Positions 19,534-20,000 of a DNA stretch of 20,000 nt are shown one piece after another. The translations under genes were made by a program, and so were the position numbers. The notes under the pieces are model-generated. The model ran no database searches. It was given only the letters and a program-made list of their open reading frames with translations, and was not told the DNA's origin. Source of the DNA: Pseudogymnoascus verrucosus (Eukaryota); the NCBI GenBank assembly GCA_001662655.1, contig KV460233.1; one strand, written 5' to 3'. The first letter of the stretch is position 1, and the number at the start of each line of letters is the position of its first letter.

Positions 19534-20000
19534 ATGGAAACCCCCCCAGGAAACCACCCCGCTATCCCTAACCAACGCCCCCGCCGCCCCCCCTCCCTCC
19601 CACACGCACTACCTACACCCCCCGCCTCCCCACGCCCCGCCAGCGTGGCCATACCCATCCCGCCTGTGTCTGTTCTCTCCATCCCCGCCACAATCGCACG
19701 ACTACTTACCTACCTCGACCCCACGCACCAGGACTACTATCGGGTAGAACAACACCCCAACATCCGCAAAGCCATCTCGATGTATGAGAGCGGGGAACTG
19801 GACGGGTTGAGACAGGTTGCGATTATGAGGGGTGGGGTTATGAAGAGGGAGGAGGCATGGGAGGAGTCATTTAGGAGAGGTAGGGGGGCGGGCTGCTGCT
19901 GTTGGATTGAAGCTCGTGGGGAGTTTTTGCGGTTTGTGGAGGAGACGGTGAGTGAGGAGCAGTGTTCGGCGGATACGTATCCGGGTAGTATCCGTGATGC
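19534..20000 (+). CDS. Tandem-array small protein, copy 4 (partial, runs off the window; absent from the ORF track)
   Basis: Manual translation from ATG 19534 gives METPPGNHP...PSLPHALPTPP...IPATIARLLTYLDPTHQDYYRVEQHPNIRKAISMYESGELDGLRQVAIMRGGVMKREEAW...CCCWIEARGEFLRFVEET. The frame is open to 20000, with a possible GTGAGT donor at 19948. Confidence 0.82.
   Translation, partial: METPPGNHPAIPNQRPRRPPSLPHALPTPPASPRPASVAIPIPPVSVLSIPATIARLLTYLDPTHQDYYRVEQHPNIRKAISMYESGELDGLRQVAIMRGGVMKREEAWEESFRRGRGAGCCCWIEARGEFLRFVEETVSEEQCSADTYPGSIRD

Noticed and set aside
19179..19691. 170-aa Gly-rich antisense ORF across array copies 3 and 4
   Set aside because: A by-product of the C-rich/G-rich skew. It spans a promoter and is not conserved in the other units.

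Overview
Eukaryotic DNA from a filamentous ascomycete: short GT-AG introns with CTRAY branch sites. The style resembles Leotiomycetes such as Pseudogymnoascus, but that is only an impression. Left to right the window holds: (1) a ~1043-aa orphan gene built from three internal tandem-repeat families; (2) EAF6; (3) eIF4A (TIF1); (4) a spliced 328-aa gene with an N-terminal coiled coil and a C-terminal segment resembling a Ty3/gypsy Gag capsid C-terminal domain; (5) a convergent NLR-like gene (HeLo-like/SesA-type N-terminus, NACHT, ankyrin repeats); (6) a divergent BNA1 / Ctr copper transporter pair; (7) a head-to-tail array of at least four small paralogous genes of unknown function that runs off the right edge. 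The two strongest leads are the array, whose copies each carry a conserved bipartite promoter module (AATCCACGT[G/C]AT plus ATCGTATGAT, exactly 19 nt apart in copies 2-4, SREBP-site-like), and the candidate domesticated Gag-CTD gene beside the NLR. All calls were made by eye and no searches were run.
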